In this document: positions 52,601 to 64,000 of the stretch, piece by piece
Numbering within the stretch: position 1 is the stretch's first letter
Layout of the letters: every line of letters begins with the position of its first letter
Source: Styela clava
Lineage: Eukaryota
NCBI RefSeq assembly: GCF_964204865.1
Contig: NC_135252.1
Coordinates: 9,238,001-9,302,000 of the forward strand
Direction: 5' to 3'
Length of the DNA stretch: 64,000 nt
The notes under the pieces: model-generated
The model's database searches: none
Told to the model about the DNA's origin: nothing
The model's input: the letters and a program-made list of their open reading frames with translations, nothing else
Translations under genes and position numbers: made by a program

Positions 52601-53174
52601 AGTTATTTCTCTCGTTTTCTCGTCGCAACGATTCCGATGGGAGAGAGATCGATAACGTCAGTCAGTTCCTTATCGTCGGCGCCAATGCCATTTCGGTCGA
52701 TCGTGCTTATATTTGGCAAGCTCTATAACGTGATTGTGATGTCGTAGTGTTTTGATTTTTGGATAGCGTAGTCAGATGGGGGTTAGGATTGACATATCAA
52801 ATTTGTTATGCTACGCCCACTAGAAGTACGCTAGGTACGAAACTACACGAGACCCGACTTTGGGATCTTGACCTGAGCTATTTAGCACAGTACTGATTAC
52901 TGCTTGTCTGAGGCCTTGTTCATTGCATGTTGAAAACTTTATAAGAGAAGTTTTCTATACTTACATAAAAAGATATTGTGGTGCCAGCAAAGGGGATCAT
53001 GAGCAAGGACAAAACACCCAAGACAGTTTCCATGATAATCCAGTATTGACGATTACGAAGCACTTGTAGGTACAATGTCAAACCAAATCCAATAGCGATA
53101 AAGGCAAGAAATTTATACAAATCTCCCACTGCTTCAGTATCTTTTGCAGAAGTTGATCCTGTTTTGCCAGCCAT
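49624..53174 (-). CDS. Uncharacterised multi-pass membrane protein, paralog A (~306 aa)
   Basis: Exons 53174-52965, 52191-52048, 51395-51333, 50955-50758, 50612-50466, 49782-49624; phase-0 introns; motifs IIGDLF, VGDPTSLHLSIDG, FGFPK, LSFAALCF and LKSKLL; ends KEKLY*. Confidence 0.85.
52406..52855. mobile_element. Long-TIR MITE (~450 bp), same family as the NAB intron 1 stack
   Basis: Imperfect TIRs over 100 bp (GGG.CT..TGTAGTTTCGTACCTA.C.TACTTCTAGTGGGCGTAGCAT...AATCCTAACCCCCA); interior TATTTCTCTCGTTTTCTCGTCGCAACGAT shared with ~18420-18450; degenerate TSD GACTTGGA / GACTTTGG. Confidence 0.88.
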
Positions 53175-53459
53175 TATGAATTTTATAACTTCTCTCAGAA
53201 AACAACTAATATACAAATACAATCTGTCATCAATTTGAAAAACATGTTTTTACATTTCTATCATTTACATACACAAAATACTATTATTTCTAGATCATTT
53301 CGAATCCAGAGAATATAGACTGGCTATATATATCTAAAAATTCATTAAAATACTATTTCAATTGCACCAATCTCAGAATTCTGTTATTTCAAAACCGCTT
53401 GCTAAATTTCTGCCTGTTTTTACAATTCAGCAATTTGTTACAAAAGCAGCAGGTGGCAA

Positions 53460-54360
53460 CGTGGAGGCAAGGTTCACGTGTGACTAATACATAATTAAAA
53501 ATCATCGGTCATTGCCGAAGTCAATGAACATAGTACCGCACAGCAGTAACAATTGATCTGTTCCAATGCTTACTGGTTGTAATTAGATCGTATATTTCGA
53601 GCGCTTTGCGACAAATATTTTTATGTACAGATTACGACAACGCCAACTTTTTTGCCTAAAACACTTGGGCATAACAACTGTTGTTTGTACGTATCGTAAT
53701 GCACCTGCACCTGTTCGTAGCAACTGCTATCTACGTAAAAGCAGAATAGCATAAGTTATATTCACGCGGCTTGCGCATTCTTTCTATTTTTAGCAAACCC
53801 GGCGAAATTGCTGTTCAACCAATCGTATGACAGGCACGTTACAGTGTCAGCATTTTGGATACGCGAACACGCCCTATGAGCCGTTAAAAATACAAAATTT
53901 TTGTTCCATCAGAAGAAAAATATTCGTATAATAAATATCGAATAACGGATACAATTTTCGTCGTAAACATCTCTCTGCGCCGGCAAAGATGCCGCAATTA
54001 CCAACGCGTTTAGGCGGGTGAATGCCTTTTTCATATTTTCTCTACTATACGATGTCGATCGTTACTATTGTCAAATGTTTATAAACCGGCGACACGACTA
54101 AACTTGTTTCTCCTAAGTGCATACGGGTTTGTCGATGCGAATATGTATGTTCCCACCGTAACTAAAAACGAAAAGTCTGTTACCAAAAGTTTACAATTTT
54201 ACCGACACAAACATCTCGAAGTTGAAACGCTTTGTCTTGTGGTCAACCAATTGGTATTTCAAAGATTTCCTACATCAAATCTTATCTGGTAGAACCCGTT
54301 GAAAATTACAGCACAGCTGTATCGTTATTTGACAACCATTATACAATACGCGAATTTTTG
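53460..54360 (-). promoter_or_regulatory. Probable promoter/non-coding first exon of the membrane-protein cluster
   Basis: CpG-rich by eye compared with flanking gene bodies; minus-strand donor CCA|GTAAGC at ~53573, about 400 bp upstream of the paralog A ATG. Confidence 0.4.
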
Positions 54361-55436
54361 ACAGCGGTATCGTATTTGTCTTTCAAACCAATTATCATGT
54401 CTCATCAAAATTCAAAACTTTGTTCTTATTTTCTGGCAGACAAAATAGACATTCACAATGTCCACAGAAAACCTTGTTCAGCGCAGTATTAACATCTCAA
54501 GTGGCCTAAGCACATAAGTTTTGTTAACTATTAACTTGATCATGTCCTACGATGCTCCACTATTGCCCCTAACTTTGTGTTAACACAAATAAAATACAAT
54601 TTTCACATTACATTTCATGTAATATTTTCTTAAGACGGATCTTCCAGAAATAAATCATAAAAGAAGTCAAGTTTGAAAGAGAATAAGAATATCTAGTCAT
54701 ATTATGTCAAAATCATATGTGGTAAACAGATATGTACCATAATGACAGGGCAAAATTGAGACTAACAAGAAAAAGATAAGAATAGAAAGTTAGCTGCCAC
54801 CATTGTCTGAAAAATGGAACATTTACAAAATTCAAAACACAGCAGGAGTTATTGAATTCAGCAATCATGCAAATAACAACAAATTTAGACAAAAGCAGAA
54901 ACCTCGACTCAGATTTTGAAATAGAACATATCTACTTTATAACGAAGGTGTCTACTCTAAACCAGTTCCAAACAATGCCCAAATATTCATCCCCCAAATG
55001 AAGTTTTGTCAGTCGTTTCAAGATCAGAGGACCAGGATCCAGCAAACAGCTAGACAATCCTAATAAGCTCATGTATGAGGATATAGAGACCAATGAAATT
55101 CCAATTTTTCTCTTCAGAGAAACCTTTCATGTAAATAAACAGGACTTCAAAACATAAGAGAAAGTTGGATGGATACCATGAAATGGCTTGGAATGAAATT
55201 CCTATAAAAAAAAATTTGATAGTCTATACAGAATGAAAAATGTCTATCCCCGTTGCTATAGTGAACTATTATTGCTATTAGCAGTCACAATCTTTTTAAA
55301 AAAGAACTGTACAAGTGGTACAAGTGGTACAAATGGCGACTTGCATTTTCAGTCAACAATAAACAGTAGGAATGGATGTACTTTTTCTAGAGTTGAACTT
55401 ATGGAAACTGCATGTATGATAACATCATGAATTATA

Positions 55437-58400
55437 TCAAGATCTTCGTCGAGATGTGCTTCTGCTTCTTGAATAACTTCTTGATCTGCTGCGTGACCTG
55501 ACAATCAAAGTAAGAGATCTAAGTATTCTTCATTCAAACAAGGGCATGAAATGGTTGTAAAAATTACATTTAACACAAAAACAAAATCGAACAATTATTT
55601 TTTTCAACCATTTTACTAACCTGCTGGAGTATTCACTATCAGTTGAATAATCTCTGCTGCGTCTCCTGAATAAAAAAACAACATAATCATTACCACTATT
55701 CTCCATTTTACTAACACAAATGAAAGTTGGCATACATTGTAACTTTGCCATTACACGAAACAGCCTAAATATTTCAAATTGGGATAGATTAAAAATAGTA
55801 CGAATATATAACAATAACATACAGCCATTTAATTCTTGAACAATTACATTATGAGTTAGCAACAAGTAGTAAAACTGAATTGATGTAAAGGCACATGTCC
55901 ACAATACCTTGCACTTGAACGTCTTCCGTGAGAACGTGATCTACTGCGACTTCTTGATGAATAAGAATCATAACTGAAAATCAATGGAATCGGAGATAAT
56001 ATAATTAGTAACAGGGTTTTTAATTATTTGAATAAGGACTGCGTAGCAGAAGAACAAATTACAATTTCCCTTCTCTCAGTTGAAAATAAGAAACTTTGAC
56101 TTATTTTGAAAATTCATGCTTTTGGCCTCCAGAAATATTCCAGCAGCAAGTTTAAAATGCGACTCGGCTCTATGTCAGACTAACTGAATAGAACCTATTA
56201 AATATAAAATTGTCCATTAGTCTGATGAAAAGTTTAGAAATGAAGTAAAATGTACCTGGATGAACGTGAACGAGATCTGTGTCTGCATTTGTGTGATGAA
56301 CGGGATCGATCAGAACTGCAACGAAGAAAACTTATCATTGTACTATTGGGTCATAACCAGGGTTGAGAAATCAGAGTCAGATGTGGTATATTATTATTGA
56401 TATGTAGTCAGAACCGAAATGGTATTTTTCAAACGTTATGGAGTCAGGAGACAGAGTCGAATCAGAAATTTCAAATTTGTTGAAGGATGATTAAAGATGT
56501 AATGGCGGTCAAAATTTTAGTTAAAATAAAAAAAAGCATTAAGTTGACTTAAGCAGTCATTCTACATACATATGTCAGGCGTGCATACCCAGTTTCGCAT
56601 ACATAGTCAGCATACGAAGTTTTTTGAAGTTAGGAGCAAGAGCCTGTGTTTAAATGTTTTGAACCAGGAGTAGTTTGGAGTCTCCACAGCACTGGTCTTA
56701 ACTATTACTGAACAGAGTTGAACAAATCGGGCCAGTTTTAAAATGAACACATTGGCCTATATTCCATCAATTATAATTCCAATATACAACAATGAATTTT
56801 AAAACATACCTGCTGTAGTAACTATCATAGGATGAACTTCGACTTCTTCGTGAACCAGAATGCTTTGACCTTGATCTGCGTTTTGAGTGAAAAAATTTAA
56901 CCTTGAATTACGTTTCATATTAAAACGACTGTAATATTGAATCACAATTGACACTAACATATGTAAGACAATGGATAATACAAGATTCAACCCAAAAGTA
57001 CTAAACTTGAAAAATTTAAAAAAAATGAGGGAGACAAATATTTTTGAACCATTACCTCCTCCCAACTTTTTATAGAAACACTTTGGTGAATATTGGTTCA
57101 AACTTTGATCATTTTTTATTCAAAAAATTCAATATTTGCCCTTTTGTCTTAGAACTCTTGAGTAACCATGTGCAGAAAATAGTAATATACAAAAACAAAA
57201 AAAAAGTAAACACATACATGGTTGGAATTTGCTGAAGAATGTTATGCTTCAAATTCTGATTTCTTAAGTAATTTAATGTTAAAAATTAAAACCAGCAAGA
57301 TTAGCATTCATCAACCTTTTTTATCAAAATATCTTGAAGTAATCAAATGAAAAGAAACAAAACACCAACCTTCTGCTCCTGTCCCTAGATCTTGACGAAG
57401 AACGAGATGAATTCGATGAATAAGAAGATGACGAACTAGATCGATGTCTTCCACGATATGATGCACGCTGTCTGTTTTTTGATTTCCTCTCTTCTAATGA
57501 TGGTGCAGGTGAAGGTAACCTCTCGTCTTTTCTGAAGTTTGATAATTGAAAATGTATTTTACGGGCTGTGGAATCATTGTTTAGCATGTTCTTATTAGAG
57601 TCCGAGTCATATTTTCAAACTTCCTGGTATCAGGAGCTAGAATTGTCAACTTTCAATGGTGATAAAATTAGGCCAAAACTACCAGTAATCAAATCTGATT
57701 GCTATAGTAAGAAATTGATCTACCTGTCTTCCCCAGCAAGAAGAGTAGATAATCTTTCACTTGTTATGTTTTTCTTTTTAAAGAAATCAGTAACAGCGTC
57801 ATCAGATAATTTGCAACACTCTAAATAAGAAAAGTAAGATATCGAGTTATGGCAACATAATATATATCATAAATCAGTGGCTAAATTTGTGCTAAGTTGT
57901 TATATTATTCTCTACAATTACTATTGCTAATTAAAATGGAGTAATCTATGAATGCTCTAGTGAAATATTTTCAGCTGGGTAAAATAGGCACAAGTGAAGA
58001 ATCAACTGAATACAAAATGAAATCTGCCTTTTCTGCCACGTCACATGAACTAATCATATGTGACATAAATCATAATCAACCAAAGCCATTAAATCATAAT
58101 GTGTATAGTATGCTGTAAATCGTGGTAAAAAAGGTAAAAATACTACAGAACCACCAACTTACTTCCTTTGGGTTCGGGAGGCTGAGAAGGGAAATCTGAA
58201 ACAAGAAGACAAAGAATAATTATAAAAAGAATTATTTATTTATTTTATTTACTTGTATCTAAGCTAAGGATAGCCAAAACAAAAAAATCTGCCATCCTGG
58301 ATATATTTTAAATACTTTAGAATATGTAACATTGAATATATTCTATGCATATAACCTAGTAATTCGAGAGTAACAAAAATTTTCGTTAACATAAGACCAA

Positions 58401-61400
58401 TGAGGCAAAAAAACTATTTTGCTGGTTCAGAGGCATGAAAAAAACAAGCACAGCTATATTTAGTAGTTCGGAATGACTCTGCCCCCTTTTCCCCCTGTCT
58501 TAGTATATGAAACATATTCCGAGTAACAAATGTCATCAGGTAATACTTTTAGATTCTGAGATTCCATTCGACATATTTTTACAGATATTGAGCACTAGAT
58601 TAAAAAATCCATTTCATATAAAGATTTCACTTACTTTCTTCTGGCAGTGGAGGAGGACTATCAGCATCCGGTAGTGGGGGCATGTTAACTGGCATAGGAA
58701 GTGGGGGATGCGACATTGGATATCGCATATTCATTGGATGCATGGCAGGCGTGTTGTTATATGAGAATGGTGGGAATGGGTAACCTCTTGGAGGACGCAT
58801 CCCCATTGACATTTGGTAAGGGTAAGATGGGGTTGGGAAAGACATTCTTGCCTGTTGAGATGTTGTAGGAAATACAGCCTGATTTGGAGACATTGCACTG
58901 TTTTTTTGAAAATCGTTTTCAGGTTCTGGAACGTCACTTGTAGTTGTAGTTTCTTCATTCGTAACATCAGCTGAAATACTTTCTGGTTCCTGTGATTTGG
59001 TATTATCTGTCATCTGTGGTTGCGTAATATCATCATTATTTGGTTTGTTATTATCAGTTTTGGGTTCATTTTCCTTTTCACGATGTTTTCTCAAACTTCT
59101 AGCAATCATTTCAAATGAAGTCAACGAAATTTCTTCTTTTTTCTTTTCCCTTTTCTTCTTTTTATGTTTACGTTGTTTCTTTTTGATATTATTTTCTTGT
59201 TGATTGTCATCAATACTTTCATTTTTTAGTTTTTCATTGTTATTTTTATCCTCTGTCAGCGGTGGCTGTGCAGGAAGTTTGATGTTAATTTTTATCGTCT
59301 TCTTAGTAGATTGTAAATTAGCAGGAGTCCAGTCTTCTTCGCTTTCACTAGATTCAGTATCCTCCCTGGCGAGATCATATTGTTGAGCACGAAAAGATGG
59401 CAGGTTTTTTACTTCTTTTTTGGTCTGTAAATCTTGATGCATTTGTGCGTTATTATTCCTGTTATTTATCTGATCATCAGTATTTTCTTTTTTTAAATTA
59501 TCCAATATCTTTGTTTCCACTGAGTTACTCTTATCATTGAGTTTAGTGATATTATCTTCGGGCCAAATGCTGTCTAAATCTGCGTCAAAGTGTTGTTCTT
59601 CACTTTTCTCAATCTTAACTTCTGTAGAAGGTTCCATCTTAATCACTTTTGGCTTTGGTGTGAACTTTGGCATTTTTCCAAAACCAACAGTTACTTTGTT
59701 TTCCATCTGTCCATGAACATCTGAACTTGACAAATTATTTTCTATTTCTTCCGGTTCCGTCTTTATGTTTATGCTTTCCCCTTTTTGTCGTTTCTTAAAT
59801 TCTAACAATGACTTTGCCCTTTTTTCAAAAACATTTACAGATGCTTTACCATTTGTTGAAATAGTCTTATCAATACCAGAAGACAACATTTTATCGATCT
59901 CATCTTCTTGAAATCCATTATCCAAGGTTTCTACAAAGAAATTAGTCATTTTAATCATCAAAAAGTTAATAAATTCAGTTGGACCAGGGACTCGAGGGAC
60001 TATAAAATCGAATGAATATAATAGTAACACAATAAATGGAGTAGTAAGTAATGAAACAAGTCATTCCATAGTTGCATGGCCAACTTTTGGCATAGGCTTC
60101 TGAAAAATATAAGTTGAGAATTGAAACACGAAGTAACAAATAGGAAAACGATCAAAGACATCTATGTCTGGCACACAAGCAAAATACCTAAGTATTACAG
60201 AATCCTGGTGGGAAATAATCAGATGAAAATGAATATTACTGCAATGAGAAAAAAATTCAGTAATTCATGTTGTTCACCTTGGATAGAATCGAATTGAATA
60301 TCATTTTGATTTTCAGCTTTCATTTCAATACTTTTCTTTCCATTGTGCTTTGTATTCTTCATAGCTTTGTTTGGTTTCTGTGTTAAAACAAATTCCACAT
60401 TGAATGTTATCTTCATGAAACAAAAAATGAACAAACATGATAAAAAACATTTTGGTAACTGTTTGGACAAATCAGAGTAAATTTTAAATGCCCTCAGCAG
60501 AACTGAACATGAAAATTTATTTATAATATTTTTATTATTTATTAGTATTTTTGTAAATGAACTAAATCCCAAATAGTTGTGGAAAAAACTAGTTTAAAAG
60601 TTTTTTTTGTTGCCGCCAACTCCTCCAGAAATATTCATTATCCATTACATTTACCATGGAATTTTTGATTGGAGATTTCTCTTCTACATTGTCTTCTTCT
60701 TCTTCCCCAAATTCTAACGGAGGTTGCCACAACAACTGTTCTGCCTTCAATTTCTTCTGTTTTTTTACTTTTTCAGCTTTACGTACACTTGCAGCCGTCA
60801 TAACAGCCTTAGGTTTATCTTCTTTCTAAAAAATGAAAATCATTTTCTAAACTTGTAAAGTTTGTTATTTGTGAGTAGTAACCCATATTTAACTTATTAT
60901 TAAAGCTAGTGGTTAGAGCGCTGGACCTAACAATGTCAACATAACAGATTAAATAAATATCCAGAGTTCAATCCTCATGCCCACCACCTGGTTGCGTGTA
61001 TCAGGCGTTGGTAGGCAAAGCCGAAACAGAAAGTGTGTCTCACCAATACTAACTAGCAACTCCTCATTTATCAAGGACTGCTTTTACAAAGCCTTGTTCA
61101 GCCCTGAGTTTTGTCTGAAAGTACACTACTCAGAAAAAAAAAATTAAAAAACACAATTTATGTTATAAATAAATTTGGAATATATTGAAAAATCAGGCAT
61201 TATACCGATTATTATACCAAACAATTGATATTCAATTTAAGATAATTTTGTTTATTCCTATGCAGCATTCATACTTAACAATAACACTGTCGTAGATATG
61301 CAACATACTACTCATATAGCTATAAAAGCAATACCAACCTTTGATTTGTTCATTTTATTCTTTAATCTACTTTTTTCAGAATAGGGATCATATTCAGCAG

Positions 61401-63623
61401 ATGATGAATTGTTCTGAACTTTTCCTGTTAAATATAATACTTGTGAATTGTGATTACTTATTAAGCATGTTACTCAGCAAGAATTCTATAGTTACAAAAT
61501 ACATAAAACCCGGTAAAAAAGAAAATGACAAAAATAATATGAGGATACTTAATCTACAACCAAACTGAAATAGACCATGGTATAATTGTTCAAAGCCAAA
61601 GCCTCGGCCAAAAATATAAGTTTAACAATGAAACCTTCAAATTACAGACTATATCTACAATAAACTATTTTTAACTTTTGTTTTAAGCTAAATTTGGAGA
61701 GTTGATTTAACATCGCAACATCCTTCGATAACTATAAAATACCTGCAGTTTTTTCCTTCAAATTTTTGTCTTCAGTATTCTTTTGTACTTTTACTTTATT
61801 CACATTAACAGTAGAAATTTTCGTATTGGAGCCATTTTTGTTGGGCGAAAACTTTGTTTTCTTTCTTGATGAAGATGAAGTGTTTGAACGAGAAGATCGC
61901 GAAGTTGAAGATGAGCGAGAAGAAGAATGACTTGCACTTCGACTTGATCTTGAGCTGCTTCTGTTAAATATAATTCATATATTAAGTATATTCCCGAAAA
62001 ATTATCTTGTAGTAATTGATTGATTGACATTGCCAATTGCATATGAATTGTGGTAAATAAAAGTAAATACAAAATATGAAACAATAAAAGCATTACAAAA
62101 CAAACACAATTGCCTGTGTTTATCAACAATTGATTGTTACAAAACATTAGTGATTGAAAATAGCATCGTTGGGTCGAAATAAAAAGTTGAGTGTATACAC
62201 AGACCACTAGTGGTACATATACTTGGTCCTGCTCCGAAGCTTGATCACCCTAGGCTAGTAAGATAAAATTCTTGAGAAATGTGCTTGGAGAAACTATTTT
62301 GGCAGCAATCAAAAAAATGGGGTTGAATTGAAAACAAATTCTTCACCTTACACACATGGCACAGAAGCCAATAAATAGTTCCTGATGCACAGGATTAGTA
62401 TTGTATAGAAAGTCATAATTGACCAGCAGGTGCACAAATATTCTTGAAAAAATCTTCCTGCCAATTTTAGATATCCTATATAGCATATAGCAGACCACAA
62501 TTTCTTTCAATCTCCACCCTATACATATCAATTTATACATCATACCTTGAAGTTGAACTTCTTCTCCCAGAAGATTTTGAAGATGCTCTATGTAATCTTC
62601 CTCTTCTCTTGGGTGATCTGATGACAACAAAATATATTGATAAGAATGCACACCCTCCTACCAAATTTACGCTTACACTCCACAAAATAGACTTTCCGCA
62701 GGCAGCCGCTAAGCTAAGCTAATGTCAGTTTATTCTGAAATATGTATGGCGACAGAACTTTGAATAAGGAATTGTAAATTCTAAACATATGCTGCTACAA
62801 CATCATGGTTGCAATGCTTGAGTCTATATTGCCTTAGAGCTGGCACAACATTTTATATTCCTTACCTCCACGTCACTAGTCTGGTCAAAAATACGCAAAT
62901 ATTGTACTTTACTGACCATACACTAGGTCAGAAATGACGAACTACTGACCCACGAGTCACAAAGATACAATTGACATAAAGGATAAAGATACAATTGATT
63001 TGCTCATTACTCGCAACTGGTTTTGTAACAGCCTGTTGAAGGTGCATTACAAAAGGGGTCGCAGCAGAATGTTTTGGGGGGTATACAAAAGCTAGATGCT
63101 ACACTGCTGTTTGATTCTTCCAGCATACAATGCCGTTTGGAGAAAAAAAAATTTTATTGTCTTACTTAAATGACCACAGAAATGGAAAAAGCGAAGCAGC
63201 AGAATTTTAGTGACAAATAGGCTGAATTTATATGACTTGGGAGCCAATTTAAAAATAATAATTCTCTCATTTGAATAATTCTCACTCTATGAAACCATGA
63301 AAAGATATTTTTTGGGTATGCATGTGAATCCGTGTTTTTTTTTTATACATGTACATGAACTTCATAAAGTCGAGTACCATGAATCGCCAAATATGTGTGC
63401 TACATGTCATGTGCAAAGCTCAAAACTACATATGCTAAGACTTGTTGAAAAGTTGCAACTTTTCTCTATACCTGCACTAGGTATTACCAACCTTGATCGC
63501 GAGTGGGAACTAGTCCGAGAGGATGAGTTTCTTCTTCTTGAGTGTCTTGACCGTGAATTCGATCTAGTGTAACTTCTTCGTCTATCCCGAGAGTAATCCT
63601 GACGTCTGTATCGCTCACCAGAT
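55437..63623 (-). CDS. NKTR: NKTR-like RS-rich nuclear cyclophilin, C-terminal part (PPIase domain expected beyond the right edge)
   Basis: Several RS/SR-rich exons (e.g. 63623-63492, ~62618-62546, ~61960-61743, ~57531-57370, 55498-55437 ending SRSRSRSYSRSRSTSRRRS*), a large low-complexity exon 59930-58635, and the motif WQPPLEFGEEEE (~60700-60730), which I recognise from vertebrate NKTR. The cyclophilin domain is not in the window, so the name rests on that motif and the architecture. Confidence 0.75.
56358..56694. mobile_element. hAT-like MITE with GGAGTC subterminal repeats
   Basis: Ends CAGGGTTGAGAA / CTCCACAGCACTG; 8-bp TSD GTCATAAC / GTCTTAAC (7 of 8 match). Confidence 0.65.
60905..61143 (+). 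mobile_element. tRNA-derived SINE
   Basis: A-box-like GCTAGTGGTTAGAGCG, B-box-like GAGTTCAATCC (60964-60974), a body and an A-rich tail at ~61134-61143; related fragments at 13089, 37766 and ~63775. Confidence 0.65.
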
Positions 63624-63774
63624 CTAGAATTATCAGAGATTTTTTCACTTAAAAATTAAATATAAATTAAATATTTATTCATATGAAAATACATATTAAA
63701 ATCTTTCCAACAAATTTTGCGTTCAGGAATTGTTGTACCAAACCATGTTACTTGCGAATTAAAGATCTTAGGTA

Positions 63775-64000
63775 AGTTCAAACCCCATGCCCACCACTTC
63801 ACCCAGGGTGTAGAACAGGGGTGGGCAGGGTTTTTGGAGCAGGGGCCAAAAATATTGCCCATCTAGACTGGCAGGCAATGTAAGTGTGACGAAAAAAGTT
63901 ACATTTTATGAACAGAATGCTCAACATTATGGCAAGAATTCTTAAACTACAAACAAACAAAAAACGTTGAAAGAGCATTATGGGGATGTTACCAAAACTT
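63775..64000 (+). mobile_element. SINE fragment followed by the left end of a hAT (Charlie-like) element
   Basis: GTTCAAACCCCATGCCCACCACTTCACCCAGGGTGT, then CAGGGGTGGGCA at 63816 preceded by the Charlie-type target GTGTAGAA; right end and TSD not in the window. Confidence 0.4.

Noticed and set aside
60905-60985. Functional tRNA gene
   Set aside because: A- and B-box-like motifs are present, but I could not fold a cloverleaf; it continues into a SINE body and A-tail.

Overview
AT-rich eukaryotic (animal) genomic DNA with many short GT-AG introns; the compact gene spacing, gene set and repeat types suggest a marine invertebrate chordate such as an ascidian (inference, not verified). I spliced the gene models by hand from GT/AG boundaries and frame continuity. 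From left to right: (1) a sodium/glucose-type SLC5A symporter on the minus strand, 13 exons visible, running off the left edge; (2) NAB, the EGR co-repressor, minus strand, 14 coding exons; (3) a divergent, probably spliced transcript with only short ORFs; (4) an intronless casein kinase II beta CDS on the plus strand, followed after about 570 bp by (5) ISPD/CRPPA, 9 exons; (6) four tandem, intact, strongly diverged paralogs of an uncharacterised ~290-305 aa multi-pass membrane protein on the minus strand, each with 6 coding exons and only phase-0 introns; (7) the 3' part of an NKTR-like RS-rich gene on the minus strand, running off the right edge. Introns hold many non-autonomous transposons: GG-ended MITEs with 8-9 bp target duplications (TSDs), hAT MITEs, a DINE-1/Helentron-like element and tRNA-derived SINEs. 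The best candidate for an undescribed system is the four-gene membrane-protein cluster, which appears built from an internally duplicated 4-TM module resembling TP53I11 and shows matching intron positions in both halves. Also notable: an 86-bp inverted copy of a NAB exon/intron junction captured inside a nearby transposon, a nested MITE stack, and a possible CK2beta-ISPD operon. No CRISPR array, rRNA or intact tRNA was seen.
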